64,000 nt of DNA from Alkaliphilus sp. (GTDB taxonomy: Bacteria; Bacillota; Clostridia; Peptostreptococcales; NVVX01): contig NVVX01000001.1 of assembly GCA_002733545.1 (NCBI GenBank), positions 45,099 through 109,098 on the forward strand, written 5' to 3'. The notes under the pieces are model-generated. The model worked only from the letters and a program-made list of their open reading frames with translations, did no database searches and was not told where the DNA came from. This document shows, one piece after another, positions 19,264 to 29,235 of this stretch (position 1 is the stretch's first letter; each line of letters starts with the position of its first letter). The translations under genes and the position numbers were made by a program.

Positions 19264-21387
19264 ATGAGTATATTAAATGGAACTAAGAGGATAAGTATGC
19301 TTTTATTTGTAATACTTGCACTACTAACTACTACTTTTGCTTGTACTAACCAAAATGAAACGACGAACTTATCACTTAATTCGGAAAGAATTAGGGAACA
19401 TTTAAATGTTTTAATTTCAGATGAGTTTGAGGGGAGGATGATTGCTACCAAAGGAAATGCCAAAACCATAAGTTATATTCAGGAGCATTTTAGTGAAATT
19501 GGTTTAATACCTGCAGGGAGTGACGGCTTTTTAACGGATTTCAAAGCCGTAGCGCCATCTCTAAAGTCACCAATTGTTTTTCGGGTACTTGACCATCATG
19601 GGAGTTTAGTGAGAGAACTTGTACAAGGTGAAGACTTTAAAACTAGATTTGACTCTTTTAGTATGGGTGGAAAATTTAGTGGGGAAACACATGTAATAAC
19701 CGAGCATCGAGAATTAGCTGATTTAGAAAAAAAGTTTGACAAGAAGGCAATACTAATTGATATGTCAGACGAGAAAATTACAGCAAATAGATTTGACGAG
19801 GAAGGAATTATCGAGTTACTTAAAATAAAACGTGCTGAAGTTATAATTTACAAGGAATCAGGTCCGTTGAATGTACGTGATATTCGGATAGGACTGAAAA
19901 ACACTTATATACCAGCAAGGGGGGTAATTCTCCTTGGCGTAAAGGAAGAAGTTTTTAATAGTTTGATTGAGTTTTCGAAAAAGGGATATAGTATTGAAGT
20001 TGATTCAGCATTAGCATTTAGTGAAATAGAAACTCACAATGTTTTAGGTGTAATACCAGGGACAAGTAGAAGTCGTAGCAATTATATTATGATTGCAACA
20101 TCATTTGATGGACTAGGAGTAGATGAACAAGGAACTATTCATAGAAGCATTACAAACAACGCAACAGCTGTAGCAACTATGTTAGAAATAGCAGAAACGA
20201 TAAAAGAAAATGATCTTACATTTGACTCAACAATAGTTTTTGCTGCATTTAATGGACAGCATACTGGGTTTGTCGGAATTAATGATTACGCAAGAAATAT
20301 GATTATTCCACATGACAGAACACAGGTAATAGTTTTAGAAAATATTGCAAGCAACGCAGGTAATCCACTAATCATAGGTACATTTGAAAGAGATGAAGCT
20401 ACTAGACAAAGATCAAGGCTACTTGTGAATAGACTCTCAGAAATTGCCATAATAAGTGGAGTAGAGCATACAACTGATTTTGAATATTTTATGTCTCAAC
20501 ATATGGCTTTTAGACATATGGGAACAGTAGCAGGGGTGTTAACTCACGGGCATATACAAGAACCAGCTACAAGTAGCTTGCTAGAGCAGCTAAGTAGTGC
20601 AAAAACAGCAGGGAATATAGCGCTTGGACATATTACTCAATATGCGAATATAGGGGTGATAGGTGACATTATACATCCATTTATGTATATGAGTCCGTTT
20701 ATATTTCTTTTGGCAATCTTATATATGTTAAAGTTCTACAAACGCCCTAAATCTGAAACTATATCTAGCAAGTATATCAATAAGATATTGGATTATCCAA
20801 TTGTTTCTACTACCTCATTATTTGTTGTGATAGGATTAGCGATAATATTACAGGTAAGACATTATGTAGCAGAGACTACAGGTGCGCTACACACAAATAT
20901 TGAGATAACTTTTGAATTAGTAATGATACATTTACTAGAAACAATTCCAGCTATGATACTATTGATATATCCTTTTTTGGTAATTTTAGTAGCAGTTGTA
21001 GTTTTGACCACTATTGCCATGATTGTATTTGCAAAAAAATCTTCAAATATTTACGCAATAATCACAATGATAATCACGTACTTCTCATTTTTGTTTGTAA
21101 TGATGAGTGTGTTTCGTTATGATTATTTAGTTGTCTTACCTAATTTACTTTCGTTTAACAACGCAGGAATAGTTCTACATACTATAATCACTTTAGTTTC
21201 TTTGCTAATTACGTTTATTTGGATGGCTGAAAAAAATAAGATAGAAGGCTACGATATGACTCACATAAAAGTTGCACTTTGTTATACTTTTGTATTTCTA
21301 ACAATTACGTTCATTACAGTTGCACCTTTTTTAAGTACAGACGAAATGTTTCAGTTAATGCAGTCGGGTAGTAGGGTTAGGTTTTAG
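19264..21387 (+). CDS. Paralog of 1327..3498: M28-like ectodomain (more degenerate) fused to a polytopic membrane domain
   Basis: RBS AGGGGGA. Blocks shared with the paralog: SDEFEGRMI, YIMIATSFDGLG, FAAFNG and a C-terminal SRVRF/IRVRL tail. Confidence 0.75.
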   Translation: MSILNGTKRISMLLFVILALLTTTFACTNQNETTNLSLNSERIREHLNVLISDEFEGRMIATKGNAKTISYIQEHFSEIGLIPAGSDGFLTDFKAVAPSLKSPIVFRVLDHHGSLVRELVQGEDFKTRFDSFSMGGKFSGETHVITEHRELADLEKKFDKKAILIDMSDEKITANRFDEEGIIELLKIKRAEVIIYKESGPLNVRDIRIGLKNTYIPARGVILLGVKEEVFNSLIEFSKKGYSIEVDSALAFSEIETHNVLGVIPGTSRSRSNYIMIATSFDGLGVDEQGTIHRSITNNATAVATMLEIAETIKENDLTFDSTIVFAAFNGQHTGFVGINDYARNMIIPHDRTQVIVLENIASNAGNPLIIGTFERDEATRQRSRLLVNRLSEIAIISGVEHTTDFEYFMSQHMAFRHMGTVAGVLTHGHIQEPATSSLLEQLSSAKTAGNIALGHITQYANIGVIGDIIHPFMYMSPFIFLLAILYMLKFYKRPKSETISSKYINKILDYPIVSTTSLFVVIGLAIILQVRHYVAETTGALHTNIEITFELVMIHLLETIPAMILLIYPFLVILVAVVVLTTIAMIVFAKKSSNIYAIITMIITYFSFLFVMMSVFRYDYLVVLPNLLSFNNAGIVLHTIITLVSLLITFIWMAEKNKIEGYDMTHIKVALCYTFVFLTITFITVAPFLSTDEMFQLMQSGSRVRF

Positions 21388-21395
21388 ACTATATT

Positions 21396-21435
21396 AAAGC
21401 TCTCGCAAAGTAAATTTTTATTTTGCGAGAGCTTT
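21396..21435. terminator. Bidirectional rho-independent terminator between convergent genes
   Basis: aaagctctcgcaaa ... tttgcgagagcttt, a 14-bp perfect stem flanked by A/T runs on both sides. Confidence 0.85.
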
Positions 21436-21461
21436 ATGTAAAGATCAAATTAGAGTATTAT

Positions 21462-22556
21462 TTAAACATTAAACCTAAACAAAATAACATCTCCATCTTT
21501 TACGATATAGTCTTTGCCTTCTAATCGAACTAGTCCTTTTTCTTTCGCAACAGCGTAAGTTCCACAGTCATTAATATCGTCATAAGCTACTATTTCTGCT
21601 CTAATAAAACCTCTTTCAAAATCAGTATGAATTTTGCCAGCAGCTTGCGGTGCTTTTAGTCCTTTTTTTAATGTCCAAGCTCTAGTTTCTTTTGGTCCAG
21701 CAGTTAAAAAACTAATTAGGCCCAGTAGTGAATAGGATGCCTTAATTAACTGATCTAAACCTGATTCTTGTAGTCCCAGTTCATCTAAGAACAGTTCTTT
21801 CTCTTCATCAACTAATTCTGAAATTTCAGCTTCTATTTTTGCACTAATAACTACAACTATAGCATCTTCGACTTTAGCATGCTCTCTTAGTTGCTGAACA
21901 TATTTATTGCTTTTTCCATCATCGGCAATATCTTCTTCAGATACGTTGGCTACATATATAACAGGTTTATTAGACAGCAAACTGAAGTTTTTGATAATCT
22001 CTAGTTCTGCTTCATCTAAATTCAAGGTGTATACAGGTTTTCCATTTTCTAACGCATCTTTTAATTTTTTTAGTAATTCAAGCTCTGGCAAAAGACTTTT
22101 ATCGCTTTTTGCTAATTTTCTAGCTTTTAAAATTCTTTTTTCAACTACTTCTAAATCAGAAAAAACTAGCTCTAAATTTATAGTTTCTATGTCACTTGCT
22201 GGATTAATTTTTCCATCAACGTGAATTACGTTAGAATCCTCAAAACACCTTACCACATGTAAAATGGCAGAAACTTCACGTATATGAGAAAGAAATTTAT
22301 TACCTAAACCTTCTCCTTTACTTGCACCTTTGACAAGACCAGCTATATCATAAAACTCTATAGCTGCAGGAATCACTTTTTCTGAATCATATATCTTTTC
22401 CAATCGATTCAATCTGTCATCAGGGACAGCAACTACTCCAACATTGGGTTCAATAGTGCAAAATGGATAATTGGCTGACTCAGCTCCTGCCTGAGTTATT
22501 GCATTAAACAGCGTACTTTTGCCAATGTTTGGCAATCCTACAATTCCTAGTTTCAC
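21462..22556 (-). CDS. ychF: Ribosome-binding ATPase YchF
   Basis: MKLGIVGLPNIGKSTLFNA, TIEPNVGVV, and the C-terminal TGS-like FIRAEIV..DGDVILFRFNV. Confidence 0.95.
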   Translation of the reverse strand: MKLGIVGLPNIGKSTLFNAITQAGAESANYPFCTIEPNVGVVAVPDDRLNRLEKIYDSEKVIPAAIEFYDIAGLVKGASKGEGLGNKFLSHIREVSAILHVVRCFEDSNVIHVDGKINPASDIETINLELVFSDLEVVEKRILKARKLAKSDKSLLPELELLKKLKDALENGKPVYTLNLDEAELEIIKNFSLLSNKPVIYVANVSEEDIADDGKSNKYVQQLREHAKVEDAIVVVISAKIEAEISELVDEEKELFLDELGLQESGLDQLIKASYSLLGLISFLTAGPKETRAWTLKKGLKAPQAAGKIHTDFERGFIRAEIVAYDDINDCGTYAVAKEKGLVRLEGKDYIVKDGDVILFRFNV

Positions 22557-22802
22557 CTATAAATCGTCCTCTCATTTATCTTAATGCCGCTAGTTTTTGA
22601 TTGGCATTACTAATATTATTATCTTAAAAATCAAACAAATACGATTATACATGAAACTGCATATAAAAGCAATAATAACTGTGAGAAAAAAAATAACAAC
22701 TAAAACGCAAAAAAATAAATCTTGTAAAAAAAAACAATAAACGAAAAAGTTAACTAAATAATTAAATTAAATTGTGAGAGAATAGATGTAGGAGGTGTTT
22801 TA

Positions 22803-23357
22803 ATGAGAAAGAAAAAAATCTTGTATTTGATATCTTTACTTGTTTTTGTTTTGCTGCTAAGTGTAGGTTGTAGAGCTCCAGCGAGACCAGCACCACAACC
22901 TGCACCTAGAATTGAAGGAGAAGCACCAGACAGTGAATTAAATGATCGTAACGAGGGTATTATTGATAGAGACAGAAATGTTAACGATCGAGACAGAAAC
23001 ATAGGTGAAGATGCAGGAGATGAAGATTTTGCTAGGAGAGCTGAAAAAATTGCAAGCGAAGTAACGAAATTAAAAGACGTAAAAAGTGCATCTGTAGTTA
23101 TTTCTCAAAACACTGCTTTAGTAGGAGTTAATTTGACAGAAGATACTAAAGCTGAGCTAAACACAGACATAAAAAGCGATATAGAAGATGCGGTGAAAAA
23201 AGCTGATAGAGAGATTGATCGGGTTTCAATCACAGCAGATCCTGATTTATTAAGTAGAATAGAAAATATGGGAAGAGAAATAGGGCGAGGTCGCCCAATT
23301 AGTGGTTTCGGAAGAGAAATAGAAGAAATTGTTAGAAGAATTACACCAGGATCTTAG
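22803..23357 (+). CDS. YlaJ/YhcN-family sporulation lipoprotein
   Basis: Lipobox SVGC. Block VKSASVVISQNTALVGVNL plus the ...DRVSITADPDL pattern typical of the family. Confidence 0.75.
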   Translation: MRKKKILYLISLLVFVLLLSVGCRAPARPAPQPAPRIEGEAPDSELNDRNEGIIDRDRNVNDRDRNIGEDAGDEDFARRAEKIASEVTKLKDVKSASVVISQNTALVGVNLTEDTKAELNTDIKSDIEDAVKKADREIDRVSITADPDLLSRIENMGREIGRGRPISGFGREIEEIVRRITPGS

Positions 23358-23527
23358 ATTTAGAAAATGAAAAAAGGTGGTAAAGTCCATCTTTTTTTCA
23401 TTTTTTGAGTGATGAAAGATTAAAACCTGTTGCATACTTAAAAAAGTGGGAATTATATCAACTTCGATTAAGTTATCAAAGTATAAAATAGCTAAATGAT
23501 TTAACACGAGTAATAATTTAATTAGAT

Positions 23528-23556
23528 TTGACATTTCAAGTATCCTTCACTATAAT
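23528..23556 (+). promoter_or_regulatory. Consensus sigma-A promoter upstream of lgt
   Basis: TTGACA (23528-23533), 17-nt spacer, TATAAT (23551-23556). Confidence 0.6.
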
Positions 23557-23698
23557 TGGCATAGAGTTATTTAAAATTTTACCCATTATAGAGTAATGAA
23601 TGTTTGATGAATAGGATTATTAACCAATTTATTTTGGATTTAAAACCTCGTTGTGTATTTGTGAAATATATGGGTAAATATGAATAGGAGAGATAAAA

Positions 23699-24427
23699 AT
23701 GAATCCGATAGCATTTGAATTGTTTGGTATAAGTATAGGATGGTATGGAATAATTATTTCTTTAGGGATACTGCTAGGGGTAGTTCTTGCTACGTACAGA
23801 GCAAAAAGAGAAAATCTTCCTGAGGATACGATTATTGATTTAGTGCTTTGGGCTGTTCCGATCGCTGTTGTTGGAACTAGGATTTACTATGTGGCATTTA
23901 ACTGGAGTTATTATGGTCAAAATTTGATCGAAATTTTCAATGTACGTCAAGGTGGTCTTGCAATACATGGAGGTATTATTGCTGGAGTATCAGTTGGTTA
24001 TTTTTTCTCTAAAATTAAAAACATTAGTTTTTGGAAACTTGCAGATATTTGTGCTCCAAGTATTATTTTAGGTCAGGCAATAGGTAGGTGGGGAAATTTT
24101 ATAAATCAAGAAGCGTATGGTAGACCAACGGAACTACCTTGGGCAATAGAAATAAACGGTGTTAACGTGCATCCTACTTTTTTATACGAATCTTTATGGA
24201 ATTTATTGGTGTTCGCTTTTCTTCTGTATTTTACCAAAAGAAAAAAATTCGATGGACAGATTTTTTTGCTCTATGTAGGCATGTACTCGTTCGCAAGGTT
24301 TTTTATTGAAGCTTTAAGAGTAGATAGCTTGATGTTTGGTTCATTCAGAATAGCACAAGTAATTAGCGTGGTAACAATTATAGGTGCTATAGGTGTTGGA
24401 CTGTATTTAGATAAGAAATGTGATTAG
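23699..24427 (+). CDS. lgt: Prolipoprotein diacylglyceryl transferase
   Basis: GWYGIIISLG, QGGLAIHGG, GRWGNFINQEAYG. Confidence 0.93.
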   Translation: MNPIAFELFGISIGWYGIIISLGILLGVVLATYRAKRENLPEDTIIDLVLWAVPIAVVGTRIYYVAFNWSYYGQNLIEIFNVRQGGLAIHGGIIAGVSVGYFFSKIKNISFWKLADICAPSIILGQAIGRWGNFINQEAYGRPTELPWAIEINGVNVHPTFLYESLWNLLVFAFLLYFTKRKKFDGQIFLLYVGMYSFARFFIEALRVDSLMFGSFRIAQVISVVTIIGAIGVGLYLDKKCD

Positions 24428-24442
24428 TAAGGAAATTTTTTG

Positions 24443-24471
24443 TTGACAATTTACATTGTTTGCTGTAACAT
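24443..24471 (+). promoter_or_regulatory. Candidate sigma-A promoter for the Spo0E-like small gene
   Basis: TTGACA (24443-24448), 17-nt spacer, TAACAT. Confidence 0.45.
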
Positions 24472-24613
24472 ATATATTGTGTGAAATTTAAATGTTGTAA
24501 TATGACAGGTGAATGTAGAGTCTACAACTCACTGTCGCCTTGTATATGCTTTGAAATATTATGAGATGCTACATTTAGACACGTAAAAGACCAATAATTG
24601 TTGAGGTGACAAT

Positions 24614-24766
24614 ATGTTAATGCAAAAAATTGCTTTTTTAAGAAAAAAAATAAATGAACTTATTGTAACAAATAGAAGCTCAGAAGAATTGCAAGATTTG
24701 AGCAGAGAACTTGATAAGCTAATAATAGAATATTACTCAAATAAAAAAAATACTGCCCTACATTAA
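24614..24766 (+). CDS. Spo0E-family aspartyl-phosphate phosphatase-like small protein (50 aa), absent from the ORF track
   Basis: RBS GAGGTG 6 nt before the ATG. ELQDLSRELDKLIIEYY matches the Spo0E-family S(Q/R)ELDKLI signature. A hairpin with T-run follows at about 24773-24803. Confidence 0.65.
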   Translation: MLMQKIAFLRKKINELIVTNRSSEELQDLSRELDKLIIEYYSNKKNTALH

Positions 24767-24917
24767 GATTATATAACACTCTGAATTCGAGGGTGTTTTT
24801 TTATGTGAAAAAAGCGAATAAAACAACGAATTAGTACTCAAGCACTAATTCAATTTTTATTGCAATATTTTTTTTGAAAAAAGAAGGATTCTATAAAGAA
24901 AGGTAGAAATAATAAAA

Positions 24918-24943
24918 AAGTGGTACAAAGTGGATTGAAGTGG
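24918..24943 (+). promoter_or_regulatory. Three AAGTGG direct repeats with exact 10-bp spacing: candidate MraZ operator
   Basis: aagtgg at 24918, 24928 and 24938, about 30 nt upstream of mraZ. MraZ is known to bind GTGG-type direct repeats spaced about one helical turn apart upstream of its own operon. Confidence 0.6.
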
Positions 24944-24970
24944 GGAATATAACCCTAAGGTGGGATGTAC

Positions 24971-25402
24971 ATGTTTATTGGCGAATATAATCATAGTATT
25001 GATGTAAAAGGAAGAGTGAGCGTCCCTGCAAAATTTAGGGAAACATTAGGCAGTTCATTTATTATTACTAAAGGGTTGGATAACTGTCTTTTTATTTATC
25101 CGCAAAATGAATGGGCAGTATTAGAAAAAAAATTAAAGCAACTTCCTATGACCAATAAAGATGCACGAGCTTTTGTTAGATTTTTCTTTGCAGGCGCATC
25201 AGAATGTGAGCTAGATAATCAGGGAAGAATAAGAATACCAAATAATCTAAGAGAACATGCACATTTAGAAAAAGAAGCGGTAATAATTGGCGTTGCTACA
25301 AGAATTGAGGTCTGGAGTCATGATGAATGGAGAGATTATAACGATAATGCAAACCTCAGTTATGATGAAATCGCTTCAAGAATGGAAGAAATGGGAATCT
25401 AA
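24971..25402 (+). CDS. mraZ: Transcriptional regulator MraZ
   Basis: [23 protein letters not shown] plus a second DxxGR repeat (DNQGRIRIP). ATG 24971 is preferred over 24965 because of spacing to the RBS AAGGTGGG. Confidence 0.93.
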   Translation: MFIGEYNHSIDVKGRVSVPAKFRETLGSSFIITKGLDNCLFIYPQNEWAVLEKKLKQLPMTNKDARAFVRFFFAGASECELDNQGRIRIPNNLREHAHLEKEAVIIGVATRIEVWSHDEWRDYNDNANLSYDEIASRMEEMGI

Positions 25403-25423
25403 AAGGATACATGAGGTGATGAA

Positions 25424-26359
25424 ATGAATTTTGAACATAAACCGGTATTACTAAACGAGTGCCTTGAAAACTTGAATATTGCTCATAACGGAGTCTATGT
25501 GGACGGGACTTTAGGTGGTGCTGGACATTCTATAGAGATAGTAAAATTATTAGGTGAAAATGGAATGCTTATAGGGATTGATCAAGATGAGAATGCAATA
25601 GAAGCTGCAAAAATAAAGCTAACAGACTATTCCGACAAAATCAAAATAGTGCGTGATAACTTTAGCAATTTAGAAAATATATTAAATGACCTAAATGTAG
25701 ATGAAATTGATGGCATTTTGTTGGATTTAGGTGTCTCATCGCATCAATTAGATGAACCAGAAAGAGGCTTTTCCTATAACGAGGATGCACCTTTAGATAT
25801 GCGTATGGACAATCGCGCTAAAGTTTCTGCAAAAACAGTTGTCAATACCTACAGTTTGGCGGATTTAGAAAGAATTATAAAGGAATTTGGCGAGGAGAGA
25901 TGGGCTAGAAGAATTGCTAATTTTATAGTTGAACATAGAGTTGAAAAAGAAATAGCTACAACATTTGAGTTGGTAGATATAATAAAAAAAGCTGTTCCTA
26001 AGAGTGCAAGAAGAGATGGACCGCACCCAGGAAGAAGAACTTTTCAAGCGATAAGAATAGAAGTAAATAAAGAACTTGAAATAATTGAGAAAACTATATA
26101 TACAGCTGTTAAAAAATTAAGGAAAGGTGGAAGAATTTGTATTATAACCTTTCATTCACTAGAAGATAGAATAGTTAAAAATACATATAAAAAATTGTTC
26201 AACCCTTGCACATGTCCGCACAATTTTCCAATATGTAAATGCGGTTTGCAAAGACAGATTAAAATAATAACTAGAAAGCCAATAATTTCAAATGAAGAAG
26301 AATTGCAGTTAAATCCTAGAGCGAGAAGTGCAAAATTAAGAGTTGCTGAGAAAATATAA
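25424..26359 (+). CDS. rsmH: 16S rRNA (cytosine1402-N4)-methyltransferase RsmH
   Basis: [40 protein letters not shown]. Confidence 0.95.
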   Translation: MNFEHKPVLLNECLENLNIAHNGVYVDGTLGGAGHSIEIVKLLGENGMLIGIDQDENAIEAAKIKLTDYSDKIKIVRDNFSNLENILNDLNVDEIDGILLDLGVSSHQLDEPERGFSYNEDAPLDMRMDNRAKVSAKTVVNTYSLADLERIIKEFGEERWARRIANFIVEHRVEKEIATTFELVDIIKKAVPKSARRDGPHPGRRTFQAIRIEVNKELEIIEKTIYTAVKKLRKGGRICIITFHSLEDRIVKNTYKKLFNPCTCPHNFPICKCGLQRQIKIITRKPIISNEEELQLNPRARSAKLRVAEKI

Positions 26360-26456
26360 AATAGCCGATGATTCTAGACGTTTGCAAAAGAGCAAGTTTC
26401 TGCCTAAGTCGCTTTAGTTACATATTTGTTCTAAAAAATTAAGGAGGTGAATAAAC

Positions 26457-26954
26457 TTGGAACTAGCAAGGAAAGAATACTACGAATTAGATGCACAACT
26501 ACAGCCTCAAAAACAGATGAAAAATGATAATAAAAAAAATAAAGAAAGCAACCAAAAGTCAATGTTAGTTTCTTGCATTGCTTTGATTTTCTTGATGAGC
26601 ATAACACTATTATTTAGATATTCATCAATTATTGAAGCAAGGCACCAAGTTTATTCCCTTAATAATCAACTTGAACTATTAACAAATCAAAAAAGAATGC
26701 TTAATATTGATATGGAAAGAGCTATAACATCTGAATGGATTGAACAAGAGGCTATGAAGAGATTAGACATGAATTATCCAACTGTTGAGAAAACACATTT
26801 TTTTGCTGTTGATCAAGTTAGACTTGCTAAATTAACAAAGCAAATAGAAAATGAAAATAGAATCGAATTGGTGAAAAAGCCAAAGAACAAAGCAAGTTTA
26901 TTTGCAAGATTCTTTAGTTCGGTTGTTGGATTGTTAGATAACACTGATTCTTAA
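26457..26954 (+). CDS. ftsL: Cell division protein FtsL-like (single TM plus coiled coil)
   Basis: RBS AAGGAGGTG before TTG 26457. One TM, then a coiled-coil region. Conserved position between rsmH and the division PBP. Confidence 0.65.
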   Translation: MELARKEYYELDAQLQPQKQMKNDNKKNKESNQKSMLVSCIALIFLMSITLLFRYSSIIEARHQVYSLNNQLELLTNQKRMLNIDMERAITSEWIEQEAMKRLDMNYPTVEKTHFFAVDQVRLAKLTKQIENENRIELVKKPKNKASLFARFFSSVVGLLDNTDS

Positions 26955-26992
26955 CATTGCTAGTCATCTAAGAAATAGAGGGGGAAAAGAGT

Positions 26993-29155
26993 TTGTCTCA
27001 GCCAAGCATTTCAAGCAAAAGAAGATTGCTTTGGATTTTTATGGTGATAATTATTGTGTTTTTTGCTCTTATTGTTAGACTTGGGTATATACAAATCGTA
27101 ATGGGAGAGAAGTATAAAACATTGGCAAATATACAACAAACTAGGGACATACCGATACCAGCAAAACGAGGGAAAATACTAGATAGAAATGGAAAAGTGC
27201 TAGCAGTAAGTGCTAGCACTAATACTGTTTGGGCAAAGCCTAGAGAGATTAGCAATGTAGAAACAACTGCAAGAAAACTTGCCGCAATTTTGGACATTAA
27301 TGAATTAGAAATTGCTGAGAGAATAGATAATAAGAAACATGGGCTCGTTAGAGTTGCTAAATGGGTAGATGACGAATATGCGCAAATGATTAGAGTAGCA
27401 AATTTACCAGGGGTATGGATTGCAGAAGATAGCAAAAGACATTACCCTTATGGAAGTTTTGCAGCCCATATAATAGGTCATACAACTCACGACGGTAAAG
27501 GGATGGTAGGAATTGAATTAGCATTCGACAGTTATTTAAGAGGAACCCCTGGTAGATGGATTAAAAGCACTGATGGAGCAGGTAGGCAGTTACCATTTGG
27601 CATAGAACAATACTTTCAGCCAGAAGAAGGTGTAAGTATTGTTCTTACAATTGATGAAACTATACAACATTTTTCGGAAAAAGCTGTTCATAGCGCATTT
27701 GAAATTAATTTAGCTAAAAGTGTAACTGCTATTGTAATGGATATTAAATCTGGTGATATTTTAGCAATGGCAATATCTCCTGAATTTGATCCTAACAATC
27801 CTAGAGTGCCTTTAGACGAAATACTATACCAAGAAATGCAAATTATGGAGAATGATGAAAAATTAGACACTTGGTTTGCAATGTGGAGGAATACTGCTGT
27901 TAGTGATATATATGAGCCAGGATCAACTTTTAAACTGATAACAACTGCCATAGCACTAGAACTTAACGAAGTTCAGACAAATAGTCAATTTTATTGTACT
28001 GGTTCAATTCAAGTTGCTGATAGAATAATTAGATGCTGGCGGCACTACAATCCGCATGGAAATCAAACACTGGCAGAGGCTGTTCAGAATTCTTGTAATC
28101 CTGTATTTGTTGATTTAGGGATGAGAATCGGGTTGGATTCTTTTTACGAGTATCTTGATGCTTTTGGTTTTGCAGATAGAACAGGGATTGATTTGCCGGG
28201 CGAGAGTAACTCTTTACTACTGCGAAAATCTTCTGTAGGTCCAGTAGAATTAGCTACAATATCTTTTGGGCAAGGCATAGCAATAACACCACTACAATTA
28301 ATAACTGCAGTTTCTGCAATCGCAAACGATGGAATGATGATGAGACCACGAATAGTAAAAGAACTACTTGACAGTGAAGGAAACAGCATAAAGAATTTTG
28401 AAGAAACATTTGTAAGGCAAGTTGTTTCTAAGAAGACTTCGGAAACGATGTTAGAAATAATGGAGTCGGTAGTTACTGATGGTTCAGGTAGAAATGCATA
28501 TATTCCTGGATATAGAGTAGGTGGAAAAACTGGAACTTCGCAAAAAGTTATAGATGGAGCTTACAAAGAAGGATTTTATGTAGCTTCTTTTATTGGAGTA
28601 GCCCCTTCAAATAATCCTACACTAGCAGTACTAGTTATAGTAGATGAACCAAATGGTGTAAGTAACTTTGGAAGTATAACTGCAGCACCAGTAGTAAGGG
28701 AAATACTAGAAGAAAGTCTAAGATACTTGGATATAAAGCCTAGCTATACTGAAGAAGAGGCTAAGGAACTGTTACTAGAAGACGTAGTTGTTCCAGAGGT
28801 AAGAAAAATGACTTTACAAGAAGCGACGAAAGTCTTAGCTAAAAGCAGTTTAAAATATAACGTGGAAACAATAAATTATAGTGATGAAAATGCAATTATT
28901 GTTGATATGTTCCCTAAGCCAAAGGCTGTGGTGCCAGAAAATTCAATAATTCTATTATACACATCTAATTCTAAAGATGAGTCTTTTGTATCAGTACCTG
29001 ACTTTACAGGTATGACAATAGCAGAGACGAATAATTTACTTAGAAAAATTGGACTTCGCCTAAGAGTGCAAGGTAGTGGGTTTGCAACTAGTCAGTTTCC
29101 ACGAGCTAGCACAAGTGTTACACCAGGAACCATTGTTAGTGTCGAGTTTGAGTAA
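26993..29155 (+). CDS. Class B penicillin-binding protein (PBP2B/SpoVD/FtsI family) with two C-terminal PASTA domains
   Basis: TTG start after the RBS GAGGGGGA. Motifs SxxK (STFK), SxN (SCN) and KTGT (GGKTGTSQK). Confidence 0.92.
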   Translation: MSQPSISSKRRLLWIFMVIIIVFFALIVRLGYIQIVMGEKYKTLANIQQTRDIPIPAKRGKILDRNGKVLAVSASTNTVWAKPREISNVETTARKLAAILDINELEIAERIDNKKHGLVRVAKWVDDEYAQMIRVANLPGVWIAEDSKRHYPYGSFAAHIIGHTTHDGKGMVGIELAFDSYLRGTPGRWIKSTDGAGRQLPFGIEQYFQPEEGVSIVLTIDETIQHFSEKAVHSAFEINLAKSVTAIVMDIKSGDILAMAISPEFDPNNPRVPLDEILYQEMQIMENDEKLDTWFAMWRNTAVSDIYEPGSTFKLITTAIALELNEVQTNSQFYCTGSIQVADRIIRCWRHYNPHGNQTLAEAVQNSCNPVFVDLGMRIGLDSFYEYLDAFGFADRTGIDLPGESNSLLLRKSSVGPVELATISFGQGIAITPLQLITAVSAIANDGMMMRPRIVKELLDSEGNSIKNFEETFVRQVVSKKTSETMLEIMESVVTDGSGRNAYIPGYRVGGKTGTSQKVIDGAYKEGFYVASFIGVAPSNNPTLAVLVIVDEPNGVSNFGSITAAPVVREILEESLRYLDIKPSYTEEEAKELLLEDVVVPEVRKMTLQEATKVLAKSSLKYNVETINYSDENAIIVDMFPKPKAVVPENSIILLYTSNSKDESFVSVPDFTGMTIAETNNLLRKIGLRLRVQGSGFATSQFPRASTSVTPGTIVSVEFE

Positions 29156-29235
29156 AATTGAATTTAAGTGGATATATTCTATATCATGCTATATAATATA
29201 GAATATCATGGTTTGAAAGCTACGGAGGATAATCT

